A stretch of 64,000 nucleotides of DNA from an uncultured Porphyromonas sp. (GCA_943912835.1 CALTVJ010000002.1:19013-83012); one strand, 5' to 3'; shown: positions 8,477 through 19,933, numbered from the stretch's first letter. Notes: a model not told the origin generated them from the sequence alone. Program-made: numbers and translations.

Positions 8477-10201
8477 ATGAATATATTAGAACTTAGCGAA
8501 CAAGAGATTGTAAGGAGACAGAGTTTACAAGAACTGAAAAATCTAGGTGTTAATCCTTATCCCGCTGATGAATACTTGGTTACAGCATATAGTGATGAGG
8601 TAATAAGTAGTTTTGTTGATGATGCAGCCAAGCGTTATGTTAGTTTGGCTGGTCGGGTGATGGGTAAACGTATCATGGGTAAGGCTACTTTTCTAGAGTT
8701 ACAAGACGCACAAGGGCGTATTCAGATTTATATTAGCAGAGATGCTTTATGCCCTAATGAAGATAAAACATTATATAACTCTGTAATCAAAAAATTATTA
8801 GATTTTGGAGATTTTATCGGAGTTCAGGGGTATGTCTTCCGTACTCAAATGGGAGAAATTAGTATTCATGCCGAGGATATAAAGTTTTTGGCGAAGAGTC
8901 TTCGTCCACTCCCTATTGTGAAGGAAAAAGATGGACAAACGTTTGATGCTTTTACTGATCCAGAGTTGCGTTACCGAATGAGGTATGTAGACTTAGCAGT
9001 AAACTCAGATGTGAAGGATATATTTGTTAAAAGGACAAGGATATTCAACTCGATGAGAGGATTCTTCAATTCAAGAGGTTATCTTGAGGTGGATACTCCT
9101 GTTCTTCAACCTATACCAGGAGGAGCCGCGGCTCGTCCATTTATCACACACCATAATGCATTGGATATACCTCTGTATATGCGTATAGCCAATGAGTTAT
9201 ATCTCAAGCGATTGATTGTTGGTGGTTTTGATGGGGTATATGAGTTTAGTCGAAACTTCCGTAATGAGGGAATGGATAGAACTCATAATCCAGAGTTTAC
9301 CGCTATGGAAATTTATGTTGCCTACAAAGATTATAATTGGATGATGAACTTTACTGAGCAGATGCTAGAGCATATCTGCTTAGAAGTCTTGGGGACAACA
9401 AAAGTGCAAGTTGGTAAGCATGAGATTGATTTCAAAGCACCCTATAAGCGAATTTCGATGTTTGATGCAATCAAAGAGCACACAGGTATTGACATCTCTG
9501 AAATGAACGAATCAGAGCTTCGTGCTACTTGTGCTCAACTGAATATTGAGCTTGATGACACGATGGGAGTCGGAAAATTGATCGATGAGATATTTGGAGA
9601 GAAATGTGAGGGGCATTATATTCAACCTACCTTCATTACGGACTATCCCAAAGAAATGTCTCCATTGACCAAGGAACATCGAAACAATCCACGTCTTACA
9701 GAGCGTTTTGAATTGATGGTTAATGGTAAAGAGTTAGCTAATGCCTACAGTGAATTAAATGACCCCATTGATCAGAGAGAACGCTTTGAGGAGCAGTTAC
9801 GCCTAAGCGAGAAAGGTGATGATGAGGCGATGTTTATTGATAATGATTTCTTAAGAGCTTTGGAATATGGGATGCCACCAACGAGTGGTATGGGTATTGG
9901 GATGGATCGTCTTGTTATGCTTTTGACAGGTCAGGAAAGTATTCAAGAAGTCTTGCTCTTCCCCCAAATGCGTCCTGAAAAAGTTGTCGTAAAGGATAAA
10001 CCAGAAGCGTTTGCGACCTTTGGTGTGGCGGCAGATTGGGTCCCTTTGCTTCACAAAGCTGGATATTTTACCGTTGAGTTAATGAGAGCAGAAGAGAGAG
10101 CTGGGAAGCTTTTCCAGATACTTCAAGATATTAAGAAGAAATATAAACTTGCGAATCTGCCAGACCTTCGTTTGGAGGATGTACAGGCGTGGCTTGCATA
10201 G
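8477..10201 (+). CDS. lysS: Lysyl-tRNA synthetase (class II) with the Bacteroidetes C-terminal extension
   Basis: An OB-fold anticodon-binding domain and class II motifs are present. The track start at 8441 is TTG, and the ATG at 8477 (MNILELSEQEI) fits LysS N-termini. Confidence 0.9.
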   Translation: MNILELSEQEIVRRQSLQELKNLGVNPYPADEYLVTAYSDEVISSFVDDAAKRYVSLAGRVMGKRIMGKATFLELQDAQGRIQIYISRDALCPNEDKTLYNSVIKKLLDFGDFIGVQGYVFRTQMGEISIHAEDIKFLAKSLRPLPIVKEKDGQTFDAFTDPELRYRMRYVDLAVNSDVKDIFVKRTRIFNSMRGFFNSRGYLEVDTPVLQPIPGGAAARPFITHHNALDIPLYMRIANELYLKRLIVGGFDGVYEFSRNFRNEGMDRTHNPEFTAMEIYVAYKDYNWMMNFTEQMLEHICLEVLGTTKVQVGKHEIDFKAPYKRISMFDAIKEHTGIDISEMNESELRATCAQLNIELDDTMGVGKLIDEIFGEKCEGHYIQPTFITDYPKEMSPLTKEHRNNPRLTERFELMVNGKELANAYSELNDPIDQRERFEEQLRLSEKGDDEAMFIDNDFLRALEYGMPPTSGMGIGMDRLVMLLTGQESIQEVLLFPQMRPEKVVVKDKPEAFATFGVAADWVPLLHKAGYFTVELMRAEERAGKLFQILQDIKKKYKLANLPDLRLEDVQAWLA

Positions 10202-10216
10202 ATTTGCGCGTTTTAT

Positions 10217-11224
10217 ATGATGGACACACTAGGCAAGGTTGGTATTGTCGGAGGAGGAACTTGGGCAACGGCTCTTGCTAAGATTGTATTAGAGAATCAG
10301 AGTCGCATCAGTTGGTGTTTGCGTACATCAACCCATGTACAATCTTTCCTAAAGCTTGGACATAATCCTACTTACCTATCTGATGTTACTTTTGATACAG
10401 AGCGAATAGACTTTTATGATGAAGGAAGTGTAAATGATTTTTTGCGCTCTTGCGATATTATTATTTTGGCTGTTCCTTCTCCCTATGTCAAGTCTTATTT
10501 GAGGCGTATGAGGCAGTCTTTACTCAAAACAAAGTTTGTAATCAATGCTATTAAAGGTATGGTTCCAGACGAAAATTTGTTAATAAGTGATTACCTTCAA
10601 CGAGAAAAAGGCTTATTAGAGAATCAGATTGGTGTTGTTTCTGGTCCTTGTCATGCCGAAGAAATAGCCCAAGAGCGACGTTCTTACCTTACGGTAGGTT
10701 GTTTTGATATCCGTAAAGCGGAGGTTATGAGTCGTCTCTTTACTAATAGTTATGTCCACTGTTCTATAAGCCGAGATGTGGTTGGAATAGAGTATGCTGC
10801 TGTTTTAAAAAATATATATGCTATTGCATCGGGGATATCCCATGGCCTAAATAGGGGGGACAACTTTCAAAGTGTTTTGATAAGTAATGCAATTGCCGAG
10901 ATGAGTAGTTTTGTCGGAGTTGTTCATTTATTGAGACGTGATGTCACAGAGAGTGTTTACCTCGGGGATTTGCTTGTGACAGCATACAGCTCTCATAGTA
11001 GAAATCGAACCTTTGGAACCATGATTGGTAAAGGCTATACAGTTAAAGCAGCTCAAGTAGAGATGAATATGGTTGCCGAAGGATATTATGGTGCGAAATG
11101 TATTCATGGGGTAAATCAGCAGTATGGGGTGCATATGCCGATTGCTACTGCTATTTATGAAATATTATATCAAGGAGCATCTGTCGAAGATACGATAGAG
11201 CGTTTGAGTAAAAAATTTAGATAA
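10217..11224 (+). CDS. gpsA: NAD(P)H-dependent glycerol-3-phosphate dehydrogenase
   Basis: A GxGxWA(T)A Rossmann motif is present (VGIVGGGTWATALA), and the length is 335 aa. Confidence 0.9.
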   Translation: MMDTLGKVGIVGGGTWATALAKIVLENQSRISWCLRTSTHVQSFLKLGHNPTYLSDVTFDTERIDFYDEGSVNDFLRSCDIIILAVPSPYVKSYLRRMRQSLLKTKFVINAIKGMVPDENLLISDYLQREKGLLENQIGVVSGPCHAEEIAQERRSYLTVGCFDIRKAEVMSRLFTNSYVHCSISRDVVGIEYAAVLKNIYAIASGISHGLNRGDNFQSVLISNAIAEMSSFVGVVHLLRRDVTESVYLGDLLVTAYSSHSRNRTFGTMIGKGYTVKAAQVEMNMVAEGYYGAKCIHGVNQQYGVHMPIATAIYEILYQGASVEDTIERLSKKFR

Positions 11225-11240
11225 TAAGATTTTATAGTTT

Positions 11241-12584
11241 ATGGAAAGAATTAAATTAGACCTTTCTGGTATCGATGGATTTGTTCAAGCCCAAGATGTG
11301 AATTTATTGACAGAGAAGAGTCTTCAATATAACCAAATGCTGCACGATGGTACTGGAATTGGGAATGATTTTTTAGGTTGGGTAGATTTACCTTCAAATA
11401 TTACAGAGGAGCAATTTGTGGCTATTGAAGCTGTTGCTTCGAGGCTTAGAAAAAGCTGTGACTATATCGTAAGTATTGGTATCGGAGGAAGTTATCTTGG
11501 AGTTCGAGCAGTTCAAGAGGCTTTGTCTAATAGCTTTCACTGGCTAGAAAAGGATACAAGTAATCCTATTCTCATCTATGCTGGACACAATATCGGTGAA
11601 GATTATTTAAAAGAGCTAACTCAATTTTTAAAAGGGAAGCGTTTTGGCTTAATCAATATCTCAAAAAGTGGAACGACGACAGAGCCAGCCATTGCTTTTA
11701 GAATTCTTAAAAGCTTACTTGAGGAGCAGGTTGGGAAGGATGAGGCTAAGAGATTAATTGTAGCAATTACAGATAAGGAAAAAGGAGCGCTTCGGACTTT
11801 AGCTACCAATGAAGGCTATGATACTTTCGTAATACCTGATGATATTGGAGGACGGTTCTCTGTCCTTACTCCAGTAGGGCTCTTGCCTTTAGCCACCGCA
11901 GGGTTCAATATCAGAGAACTTGTCAAAGGAGCAAAAGACTTTAGCGTTACGGTCGGTCGTGATAGCTCTTTTGAGGAGAACATTTCAGCTCAGTATGCCG
12001 TTGCACGAAATGCGCTATATAAATCTGGTAAAAAGATAGAAATTGTAGCCAACTATCACCCTAAAATGCATTATGTTGCAGAGTGGTGGAAGCAACTTTA
12101 TGGAGAAAGTGAAGGTAAAGAGCATAAAGGGATCTTTAATGCTGCAGTAGATCTCTCTGCAGATTTACATTCCATGGGGCAATGGATTCAAGAGGGGGAA
12201 AGATCAATTTTTGAAACTGTCATCTCTGTAGAGAAGTCTGATTTTGAAATGCGTATTCCTCTAGATAAGGACAATCTTGATGGTTTAAACTATTTATCTG
12301 GTCGTAGAGTTGACGAGGTCAATAAAATGGCAGAGTTGGGTACTCGCATGGCTCATATTGATGGCCGAGTTCCTAATATAAGAGTGGTTCTTCCGAAATT
12401 GAATGAATACTATATTGGTCAACTATTCTATTTTTTTGAGAAAGCTGTTGGAATAAGTGGCTATATGCTTGGTGTTAATCCGTTTAATCAACCTGGAGTT
12501 GAAGCGTATAAGTCTAATATGTTTGCCTTATTAGAAAAGCCAGGGCATGAGGATGCAACTGAAGCTATAAAAAAACGGTTATAG
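11241..12584 (+). CDS. pgi: Glucose-6-phosphate isomerase
   Basis: The PGI signatures IGIGGSYLG and [11 protein letters not shown] are present. Confidence 0.9.
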   Translation: MERIKLDLSGIDGFVQAQDVNLLTEKSLQYNQMLHDGTGIGNDFLGWVDLPSNITEEQFVAIEAVASRLRKSCDYIVSIGIGGSYLGVRAVQEALSNSFHWLEKDTSNPILIYAGHNIGEDYLKELTQFLKGKRFGLINISKSGTTTEPAIAFRILKSLLEEQVGKDEAKRLIVAITDKEKGALRTLATNEGYDTFVIPDDIGGRFSVLTPVGLLPLATAGFNIRELVKGAKDFSVTVGRDSSFEENISAQYAVARNALYKSGKKIEIVANYHPKMHYVAEWWKQLYGESEGKEHKGIFNAAVDLSADLHSMGQWIQEGERSIFETVISVEKSDFEMRIPLDKDNLDGLNYLSGRRVDEVNKMAELGTRMAHIDGRVPNIRVVLPKLNEYYIGQLFYFFEKAVGISGYMLGVNPFNQPGVEAYKSNMFALLEKPGHEDATEAIKKRL

Positions 12585-12590
12585 TGCCTT

Positions 12591-13226
12591 ATGAGGGATT
12601 ATAATAATAAATTGTCTCCAATACGTATGCCTGAATATGGACGTCATGTCCAGAGAATGGTTGAATATACTATTGCTGTAGAAGATAAAGTTAAGCGAAA
12701 CAGCTTAGCTGAGACTATTGTTCAGGTAATGAATGGATTAGCTCCAGAGTTGAAAGATAATCAAGTTGGGAAACAGATATATTGGGATCATCTTGCTATA
12801 ATATCAGACTTCCAACTTGATGTGGACTACCCTTCTGGCACTATTACTCAAGATCAATTAAATGCGAAGGTTGAGAAGCCAGCATATAAAGTAGGTCACA
12901 GTGCATATCGATATTATGGGGACATTTTGCACACAATGATAAAGAAGGTTTCGGCAATGCCATTAGGAAAAGATCGGTCTGAAATGGAATACTTTATAAC
13001 CTTACAAATGAAACGTTCTTATATGACTTGGAATAGTGAATTAGTCGAGGATATAAAGATTTTTAAAGATCTATACGTCCTTAGTGATGGTCAAATCCTT
13101 CTTACACCAGAAGAGTGCAAAATTATATTGAATCCTAATACTTTAGACAGAGTCGGGAAGCAAAAAAATAACCGAAAATCTCAAGCTGCTCTGAAATTGA
13201 CGGGAAAAAATTCGAAGAGAAAGTAA
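12591..13226 (+). CDS. DUF4290 domain protein (conserved Bacteroidetes partner of murA)
   Basis: The 211-aa product has a basic C-terminal tail. Sitting immediately upstream of murA is the typical DUF4290 arrangement. Confidence 0.55.
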   Translation: MRDYNNKLSPIRMPEYGRHVQRMVEYTIAVEDKVKRNSLAETIVQVMNGLAPELKDNQVGKQIYWDHLAIISDFQLDVDYPSGTITQDQLNAKVEKPAYKVGHSAYRYYGDILHTMIKKVSAMPLGKDRSEMEYFITLQMKRSYMTWNSELVEDIKIFKDLYVLSDGQILLTPEECKIILNPNTLDRVGKQKNNRKSQAALKLTGKNSKRK

Positions 13227-13241
13227 TAAAAATCTAAAAAT

Positions 13242-14555
13242 ATGGCATCATATATAATTGAAGGGGGCTATAGTTTGCAAGGTGACATTACACCTCAGGG
13301 AGCTAAAAATGAGGCACTACAAATTATTTCAGCAATCCTACTAACAGATGAACTTGTTACGGTACGTAATGTTCCTAATATCTTGGATGTAAATAATCTG
13401 ATTGATTTGTTGAGGCAGATTGGAGTAAAGATAGAAAGATTAGATGACCATGGGACCTATAGTTTTCAGGCAGATGATGTCAATTTAGAGTTCTTAGATA
13501 GCGATCAATTTCTTCAACGAAGTAGAGCTTTAAGAGGGTCTATTATGACTGTTGGTGCTTTACTTGGGCGTTTTGGGCGTGGTGTTTTTCCTAAGCCTGG
13601 AGGGGATAAAATTGGTCGGAGGAAATTAGATACTCATCTTCTGGGTTTTATTGAACTTGGGGCTACGTGTGTATATGTTCAAGAAAAACAGGCATATCTC
13701 TTAGAGGCTAAGGATGGGCTAAAAGGTAAATACATGCTTCTGGATGAAGCGTCTGTTACAGGTACTGCTAATATTTTGATGGCTGCTTGTCTTGCTGAAG
13801 GTGAAACAGTAATTTATAATGCCGCTTGTGAACCATACCTACAGCAGTTAAGTAAGATGCTTGTACGCATGGGAGCTAAAATAACAGGTATTGGTTCCAA
13901 TAGATTAGTGATTCAGGGGGTTGAGAAGCTTCGAGGAACTGAGCATCGAATCTTACCCGATATGATTGAGATTGGCAGTTTTATTGGAATGGCAGCTATG
14001 ACAGGGAGTGAGCTTACAATCAAAAATTGTAGTATCCCAGATTTAGGTCCAATTCCGAGTGCATTTCGTCGATTAGGGATTACAGTAGATGAAATTGGTG
14101 ATGATCTCTATATTCCACGTCATGAAAGTTATGAAATCGATACATTTATGGATGGATCAATATTAACAATTGCTGATGCACCATGGCCAGGACTAACACC
14201 AGATTTGCTGAGTGTTTTTCTAGTTGTAGCGACTCAAGCTAAGGGGTGTGTTTTAATTCATCAAAAAATGTTTGAGAGTCGTCTCTTTTTTGTCGATAAG
14301 TTAATTGATATGGGGGCTCAAATAATGTTATGTGATCCACACAGGGCTACTGTTATTGGTTTAGGCAAAAGGAATCGTTTAAAATCAGCTACGATGTCTT
14401 CTCCAGATATTAGAGCAGGAATAGCCCTTCTTATTGCAGCTATGAGTGCAGATGGTACAAGCGTGATTCATAATGCGGAGCAGATAGATAGAGGTTATCA
14501 AAATATAGCAGATCGACTCAATGCTCTTGGTGCTAGAATAACGAAGGTATCATAA
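13242..14555 (+). CDS. murA: UDP-N-acetylglucosamine 1-carboxyvinyltransferase
   Basis: The 437-aa product has the EPSP-synthase fold and the active-site Cys region (KLDTHLLGF...). Confidence 0.9.
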   Translation: MASYIIEGGYSLQGDITPQGAKNEALQIISAILLTDELVTVRNVPNILDVNNLIDLLRQIGVKIERLDDHGTYSFQADDVNLEFLDSDQFLQRSRALRGSIMTVGALLGRFGRGVFPKPGGDKIGRRKLDTHLLGFIELGATCVYVQEKQAYLLEAKDGLKGKYMLLDEASVTGTANILMAACLAEGETVIYNAACEPYLQQLSKMLVRMGAKITGIGSNRLVIQGVEKLRGTEHRILPDMIEIGSFIGMAAMTGSELTIKNCSIPDLGPIPSAFRRLGITVDEIGDDLYIPRHESYEIDTFMDGSILTIADAPWPGLTPDLLSVFLVVATQAKGCVLIHQKMFESRLFFVDKLIDMGAQIMLCDPHRATVIGLGKRNRLKSATMSSPDIRAGIALLIAAMSADGTSVIHNAEQIDRGYQNIADRLNALGARITKVS

Positions 14556-14575
14556 TCTGCATCGTTTTCTGAAGA

Positions 14576-14620
14576 CCGCTCTCCTTAAGTAGTTTATATG
14601 CTTGGGAGGGCGGAGTATTT
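14576..14620 (+). terminator. Rho-independent terminator after murA
   Basis: The stem ccgctctcc / ggagggcgg is followed by agTATTTTTAT. Confidence 0.45.
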
Positions 14621-14676
14621 TTATATTTCCTATTTGATGAGAAGAGTCCTGTAGTCGGATAAAATAATTAATTCTT

Positions 14677-16725
14677 ATGAGATACGATCAAGTTTGGCAA
14701 GACTTCAAGCCCCATATGCTCAAATTTTCTCTCTTTTTATTGGTGTCTTTGTTGATTTCTTTTTTGGTTCCAATAAAAAGGAGTTCTCGCTTTTTGTATA
14801 CTAATGGGAAGCCTTGGCAAAGTAGCTTATTGACAGCTCCATATGATTTCCCAATACTGAAAAGCGAAGATCAGATACAAAAAGAGCGCGATAGTATTGC
14901 TAGGAGAAATAAACCTGTTTATACATTGGATCGAGATTTGGGTCTGTTGATGATACAGGAATTAAGAGATGAATATCAAGCTCATCTAAATAAGATTGTC
15001 CCTAGTGAATACTTTGCATATTTAAATGACAAGCTAGAATCATACTATGCTGTTGGGATTATTCCTATAAAGGAGCTCAAAAGGTTAAGGGATGAGAATA
15101 AGCTAGAAGTATTTTTATTAAAGGATGGTAATGAATTAGAGACTATACCTATTACGAGTCTCCTTACGATGAAAGAAGTGCTTGAAGATATCATTCAAGG
15201 GCTTCCCAAAAATTTAGATCCTGAAGTTTTATCTCGTTTTAACATAAATGTTTTCTTGAAAGAAAATGTGCTATTTAACGAAGAGTTTACCAATCGTTTT
15301 CTAGAAGAAGAATTGAGTAATATATCTCAGTCAACCAGTATGGTACAGGCTGGTCAACGTATAGTAGATAAAGGAGAAATTGTGACATGGGAAATATACA
15401 ATCAGTTACGCTCTTTAGAAAAAGAGGAAGAGCGACGTCTAGGAGAGAGCATTCATATATATCAAAGTAGGGTGGGCTTCTTTTTGATTATTACATCATC
15501 TTTCTTTTTATTAGCTCTTGCTTTAATCTTTTTGTCAAATCATTTTATTCCAAGTTATAAAAATTTAAGTCTGATATTTATAACGGTTTCGATTTTTGTT
15601 GTAACTACAGCTTATGTAAGTTTTTACGGATTCTTTAGCATTTATGCTATTCCATATGTGATGGCTGTTATTTTATTGCGTACGTTTATGGATAGCTATA
15701 CCTCACTATTGGGTTTCCTTGTTACGGTTCTCTTATCAGCTCTTTTTGTTGCGGAGCCATTGAGCTTTTTTGTGATTCAACTTCTTTCAGGACTTTCCGC
15801 TTTAATTGTGTTACAGAAGCTTACGAGTAGAGGTAAGATGATACGAGCGGCCTTTGTTGTATATCTAGTTTATACGATATCGTATTTAGGTATGTACTGT
15901 ATAAGATCTGGAAGCATTGATTATGCGTATTGGAAAATACAGCTTGTGTTTGGGGTAAATTTGATTTTTTTGAATTTTACCTATATTTTATCGGCTATTG
16001 TAGAACGAGTTTTTGGCTATGTTTCTAATGTTAGTTTGGTTGAATTAAGTGATATTCAGAGCCCTTTGTTAAAGGAACTAAGTGAGGTTGCACCAGGAAC
16101 ATTTCAACATTCGTTACAAGTATCAATATTGGCAGCAGATGCTACAGATAAAATAGGAGGAGATGTTCAGCTAATTAGAGCAGGGGCTTTATATCACGAT
16201 ATTGGGAAAATAAAAAATCCTGCTTATTTTACTGAAAATCAAGGTGGAACTAATCCTCACGATTTACTTACAGAGGAGGAAAGTGCGGCGATCATAGTAC
16301 GGCATGTTACAGATGGCATTGCTCTTGCTCAAAAGCATGGATTACCTGTTCAAATTATTGATTTTATTAGGACTCATCATGGAGATAGCCTTGTTAGATA
16401 TTTTTATACAACTTATTGTAATCAACATCCAGATCAAGACGTTGATAAGATGTTGTTTTCTTATCAAGGTCCTAGACCTTTTACGAGGGAACAGGGGATT
16501 CTTATGTTGGCAGATGCTACAGAAGCAAGCAGTCGTAGCTTGAGCGATTATACAGTTGAGGGATTAACTAAGCACGTAGTAAAAATAGTTGATAATATTG
16601 TTGCTGAAGGATTACTCGCGGATACTCCTTTGAGTTTTAAAGATATTCAGATTATAAAAAAATCATTCGTTTCAAAGCTCATGACAATGTATCATTCTAG
16701 AATATCTTATCCAGACAAGAAATAA
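14677..16725 (+). CDS. 7TM receptor with intracellular HD phosphohydrolase domain (7TMR-HD/HDIG, PgpH-like)
   Basis: It has an N-terminal extracytoplasmic domain, about seven TM helices, and a C-terminal HD domain carrying the LYHDIGK motif. Confidence 0.8.
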   Translation: MRYDQVWQDFKPHMLKFSLFLLVSLLISFLVPIKRSSRFLYTNGKPWQSSLLTAPYDFPILKSEDQIQKERDSIARRNKPVYTLDRDLGLLMIQELRDEYQAHLNKIVPSEYFAYLNDKLESYYAVGIIPIKELKRLRDENKLEVFLLKDGNELETIPITSLLTMKEVLEDIIQGLPKNLDPEVLSRFNINVFLKENVLFNEEFTNRFLEEELSNISQSTSMVQAGQRIVDKGEIVTWEIYNQLRSLEKEEERRLGESIHIYQSRVGFFLIITSSFFLLALALIFLSNHFIPSYKNLSLIFITVSIFVVTTAYVSFYGFFSIYAIPYVMAVILLRTFMDSYTSLLGFLVTVLLSALFVAEPLSFFVIQLLSGLSALIVLQKLTSRGKMIRAAFVVYLVYTISYLGMYCIRSGSIDYAYWKIQLVFGVNLIFLNFTYILSAIVERVFGYVSNVSLVELSDIQSPLLKELSEVAPGTFQHSLQVSILAADATDKIGGDVQLIRAGALYHDIGKIKNPAYFTENQGGTNPHDLLTEEESAAIIVRHVTDGIALAQKHGLPVQIIDFIRTHHGDSLVRYFYTTYCNQHPDQDVDKMLFSYQGPRPFTREQGILMLADATEASSRSLSDYTVEGLTKHVVKIVDNIVAEGLLADTPLSFKDIQIIKKSFVSKLMTMYHSRISYPDKK

Positions 16726-16727
16726 CG

Positions 16728-17267
16728 ATGAGACCAATCTTTTTAATTGGCTATATGGGCGCCGGAAAATCAACCTTAGGGCGTAAACTTGCAGATGAAT
16801 TAAACTTGCAATTTATAGATACAGATACGTTTATTGAGAATAGATTTAGAGAGCGTATTAGAGATATGTTTCTTCGAGTAGGAGAGGAGGCATTTCGCTT
16901 AAAAGAACACTATGTCATAGAGGAGCTTTCTGGAATACAAGATTGTATTATCGCAACAGGAGGAGGGCTACCATGTTTTCATAATAATATGGAAATAATG
17001 AAGTCTTCAGGCCTGACTTTATACTTAGAGGCATCGCCTGAACAATTGGCAGAAAGATTAGAGTTGTGCAAACGTACACGTCCAACGATTTACAATAAGG
17101 AGGGTACTGAGCTATTGCAACATATAAAAGAAGCATTGTCTATTCGAGAGATTACATATCAAAAGGCAGATTTAATTGTTTCAATAGCTTCAGTTGTAAA
17201 TGCTGAGAGTGAGCTATATTTAGCAAAAAGTATAGCACATCAAATTCGAAACATGATAGCTTTATGA
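16728..17267 (+). CDS. aroK: Shikimate kinase
   Basis: A Walker A motif (GYMGAGKST) is present and the length is 179 aa. Its stop overlaps the pdxB start (ATGA). Confidence 0.85.
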   Translation: MRPIFLIGYMGAGKSTLGRKLADELNLQFIDTDTFIENRFRERIRDMFLRVGEEAFRLKEHYVIEELSGIQDCIIATGGGLPCFHNNMEIMKSSGLTLYLEASPEQLAERLELCKRTRPTIYNKEGTELLQHIKEALSIREITYQKADLIVSIASVVNAESELYLAKSIAHQIRNMIAL

Positions 17268-18367
17268 AGGTTGTAGTAGAATCATCAGTACCTTTTTTAA
17301 AGGGTATTATTGAGAAGTATGTTGACCCAGTCTACTTGGATAATAAACATATAACAAATGAAAGTATTCGTGATGCGGATGCCTTAATTGTTCGGAGTGT
17401 AACAAAGTGTACCGAAGAACTTCTTGCTGGAACATCGGTACGTTTCATTGCTACAGCTACTGCTGGAGTAGATCATATCGATATTGAATATTGTGAGAGA
17501 GAAGGTATTGTTTGGAGTAATGCTCCAGGATGTAACGCTATCGCTGTTGCACAATATGTTTTTTCTTGTTTGAGCTATTTGGCGATAAATACTTCTCAAA
17601 GTTTACGAGGAAAAGTTATTGGAATAGTCGGTGTAGGTCATGTTGGCCGTGAAGTTGAGCGTATTGCTCGTTCTATAGGTATGTTGCCGTTACTCTATGA
17701 TCCACCAAGAGCCGAAGTCGAAGGAATAGAGAGTTTTTCCTCTTTAGATGAACTATTAGAAAAGAGTGATATAATAACTCTACATGTACCTTTGAATTCG
17801 GAAACAAAGCACTTAATAACCAAAGAGCTATTAGCTAAATGCAAGCGAACCCCTATTTTAATTAATGCTTGTCGAGGAGCAGTTTGTGAAACAGAAGCTT
17901 TGATATGGGCTAGATCTGTGGGGCTTATAAAACGACTAGTTATTGATTGTTGGGAAAATGAACCTGATATTTCGAGTGAACTTGTGCAACATGCAGATTT
18001 GGCTACTCCTCACATTGCTGGTTTTTCTGCTGATGGCAAGCATAGAGGTTCTCGTATGGCTTTTTTGGCTCTCAGTGATTTCTATTCTTTGGGGGCATCA
18101 ACAGAACTACTTATTCCCAAAGAGTTAAATAGCCCGAAAGAAAATATAGTTTTGGAGGGCTATGATGTATCAGAACAAATACCGCAAGCATTCTTAGCAA
18201 CTTTGGATCTTCGAGATACTTCTCTTGATTTGAAGAGAAATCCTAAGAACTTTGAATTACTTCGTAAATCATATGTTTATCCAAGAGAGATGTCTGCTTA
18301 TTCTGTTGTGGGGGAGCATCGGTTATTAAGTCCCGTTTTTAAGGGAATTGGATTTATTCTTTCTTAG
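17264..18367 (+). CDS. pdxB: 4-phosphoerythronate dehydrogenase
   Basis: It is a D-2-hydroxyacid dehydrogenase fold with a PdxB-type N-terminus (MKVVVESSVPFLKGII). Confidence 0.75.
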   Translation: MKVVVESSVPFLKGIIEKYVDPVYLDNKHITNESIRDADALIVRSVTKCTEELLAGTSVRFIATATAGVDHIDIEYCEREGIVWSNAPGCNAIAVAQYVFSCLSYLAINTSQSLRGKVIGIVGVGHVGREVERIARSIGMLPLLYDPPRAEVEGIESFSSLDELLEKSDIITLHVPLNSETKHLITKELLAKCKRTPILINACRGAVCETEALIWARSVGLIKRLVIDCWENEPDISSELVQHADLATPHIAGFSADGKHRGSRMAFLALSDFYSLGASTELLIPKELNSPKENIVLEGYDVSEQIPQAFLATLDLRDTSLDLKRNPKNFELLRKSYVYPREMSAYSVVGEHRLLSPVFKGIGFILS

Positions 18368-18374
18368 TATAAGT

Positions 18375-19817
18375 ATGCCTTGGCCATTTGGACTATTAGT
18401 TGCAGTATATCTATTTACGATATTCGGAGTTATAACGACTGTTGTTTTGGAGAATAGGAATCCTCTCAAAACTTCTGCTTGGGTTTTGATTATTGGATTT
18501 ATACCATTTATAGGTCTTTTGGCTTATATTGTCTTTGGACAGGAACAGAGAAAACTTTATCGTATTAATAAACGATACTACAAACGTTTGTCATCAAAAC
18601 CGAAGTTAGTTTCTAGCTTTTCTAAGTCTTTAGGAGTCGAGCATACTTCACATGTTTGGAGGAAGTTAATGGCACTAGTAGAACGTAATGCTGAGAGTAC
18701 TTTATTGTCTTTGGATCATTGTGATGTTTATGTTGATGGAAGGTCTTTTTATGAGGAGTTACTGCTTGATATAAGCAAGGCGCAAGGGCATATTCATATC
18801 GAATCCTACATATTTGAAAATGACGAGGTCTTTGATCGTCTCTCGGAGGCTTTGATCGCAAAACGAAAAGAAGGTCTCGATGTCCGTATTATATATGATT
18901 TCTTAGGTAGTTATGAAGTTCCCACTGAGCGCTGGGAATTTTTAAAGACGGCAGGAATACAGGTTTATTCTTTTCTCCCAGTAAGACTACCTTTATTATC
19001 TAGTACAGTAAATTATCGTAATCATCGTAAACTTACCATTATCGATGGAAATATTGCCTATGTTGGCGGAATGAATTTTGCCAAAAGGTATCAAGATGGT
19101 AATAAAATTGGTATATGGAGGGATACTCATTTCCGCCTTGTTGGAGATATTGTTCTTGCTCTGCAAACCGGTTTTTTGATGGATTGGTATTCAGTAGCTA
19201 AGCGAGTAGTGCATGTTGAACGTTTTTTTTCGAGTATTGAGTCTAAGTATCCTAGAGAACAAAAAAATAAAGCAATGGCTCAGGTCTTATTTGGAGGTCC
19301 CCTTGATGATTTTCAAGTAATAGAGCAAGCCCTGGTAAGCCTAATATATCAAGCCAAAAGAAGTATTCGTATCCAGACGCCGTATTTTCTCCCAACAGAG
19401 AGTTTGTATAATGCTCTATTAACAGTGGCTTTGTCCGGAGTATCGATAGAGCTAATGATTCCTTTGCATAGTGATTCTCGTCTTACTGGTTGGGCTATGG
19501 ACTCATATTTATTACCATTGATGGAATCTGGTATAAGGGTATATAGATACAAAAGAGGTTTTTTACATAGTAAATTAATAATTGTTGATGACGAGGTTTT
19601 GTGTATGGGGTCTGTAAATATGGATTTTCGTAGCCTAGAGCATAATTTTGAGTTGATGACGATTATATATGATGGTCTTTTGGTTGAAAAAATGAATGAT
19701 ATCTTCAGGCAAGATGTGACAGACTCTGAAATCTTAGATCTGAAAGTTTGGGCTAAACGTCCACTAAAAAAACGTTTTATCGAATCAACAATGAGGCTTT
19801 TTTCTCCCTTATTGTGA
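18375..19817 (+). CDS. cls: Cardiolipin synthase
   Basis: There are two N-terminal TM helices and two HKD motifs (HRKLTIIDG, HSKLIIVDD). The track start is TTG at 18348, and the ATG at 18375 is more likely. Confidence 0.85.
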   Translation: MPWPFGLLVAVYLFTIFGVITTVVLENRNPLKTSAWVLIIGFIPFIGLLAYIVFGQEQRKLYRINKRYYKRLSSKPKLVSSFSKSLGVEHTSHVWRKLMALVERNAESTLLSLDHCDVYVDGRSFYEELLLDISKAQGHIHIESYIFENDEVFDRLSEALIAKRKEGLDVRIIYDFLGSYEVPTERWEFLKTAGIQVYSFLPVRLPLLSSTVNYRNHRKLTIIDGNIAYVGGMNFAKRYQDGNKIGIWRDTHFRLVGDIVLALQTGFLMDWYSVAKRVVHVERFFSSIESKYPREQKNKAMAQVLFGGPLDDFQVIEQALVSLIYQAKRSIRIQTPYFLPTESLYNALLTVALSGVSIELMIPLHSDSRLTGWAMDSYLLPLMESGIRVYRYKRGFLHSKLIIVDDEVLCMGSVNMDFRSLEHNFELMTIIYDGLLVEKMNDIFRQDVTDSEILDLKVWAKRPLKKRFIESTMRLFSPLL

Positions 19818-19897
19818 TTTTCTATACTTCATGGGGTTAGGGATACAAGTATTTACACTACTAACATACAAAAATGGAGCTTTATTTTGTATTGTTG

Positions 19898-19905
19898 TAT
19901 CTTTG
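19898..19905 (+). promoter_or_regulatory. Candidate -7 promoter box TATCTTTG upstream of queF
   Basis: The context ttgtatctttgtaa recurs upstream of the LysE-family exporter gene (2876..3571) and recF. It lies 28 nt upstream of the queF ATG. Confidence 0.35.
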
Positions 19906-19933
19906 TAATATAACAATCTAAGAAATATGAATT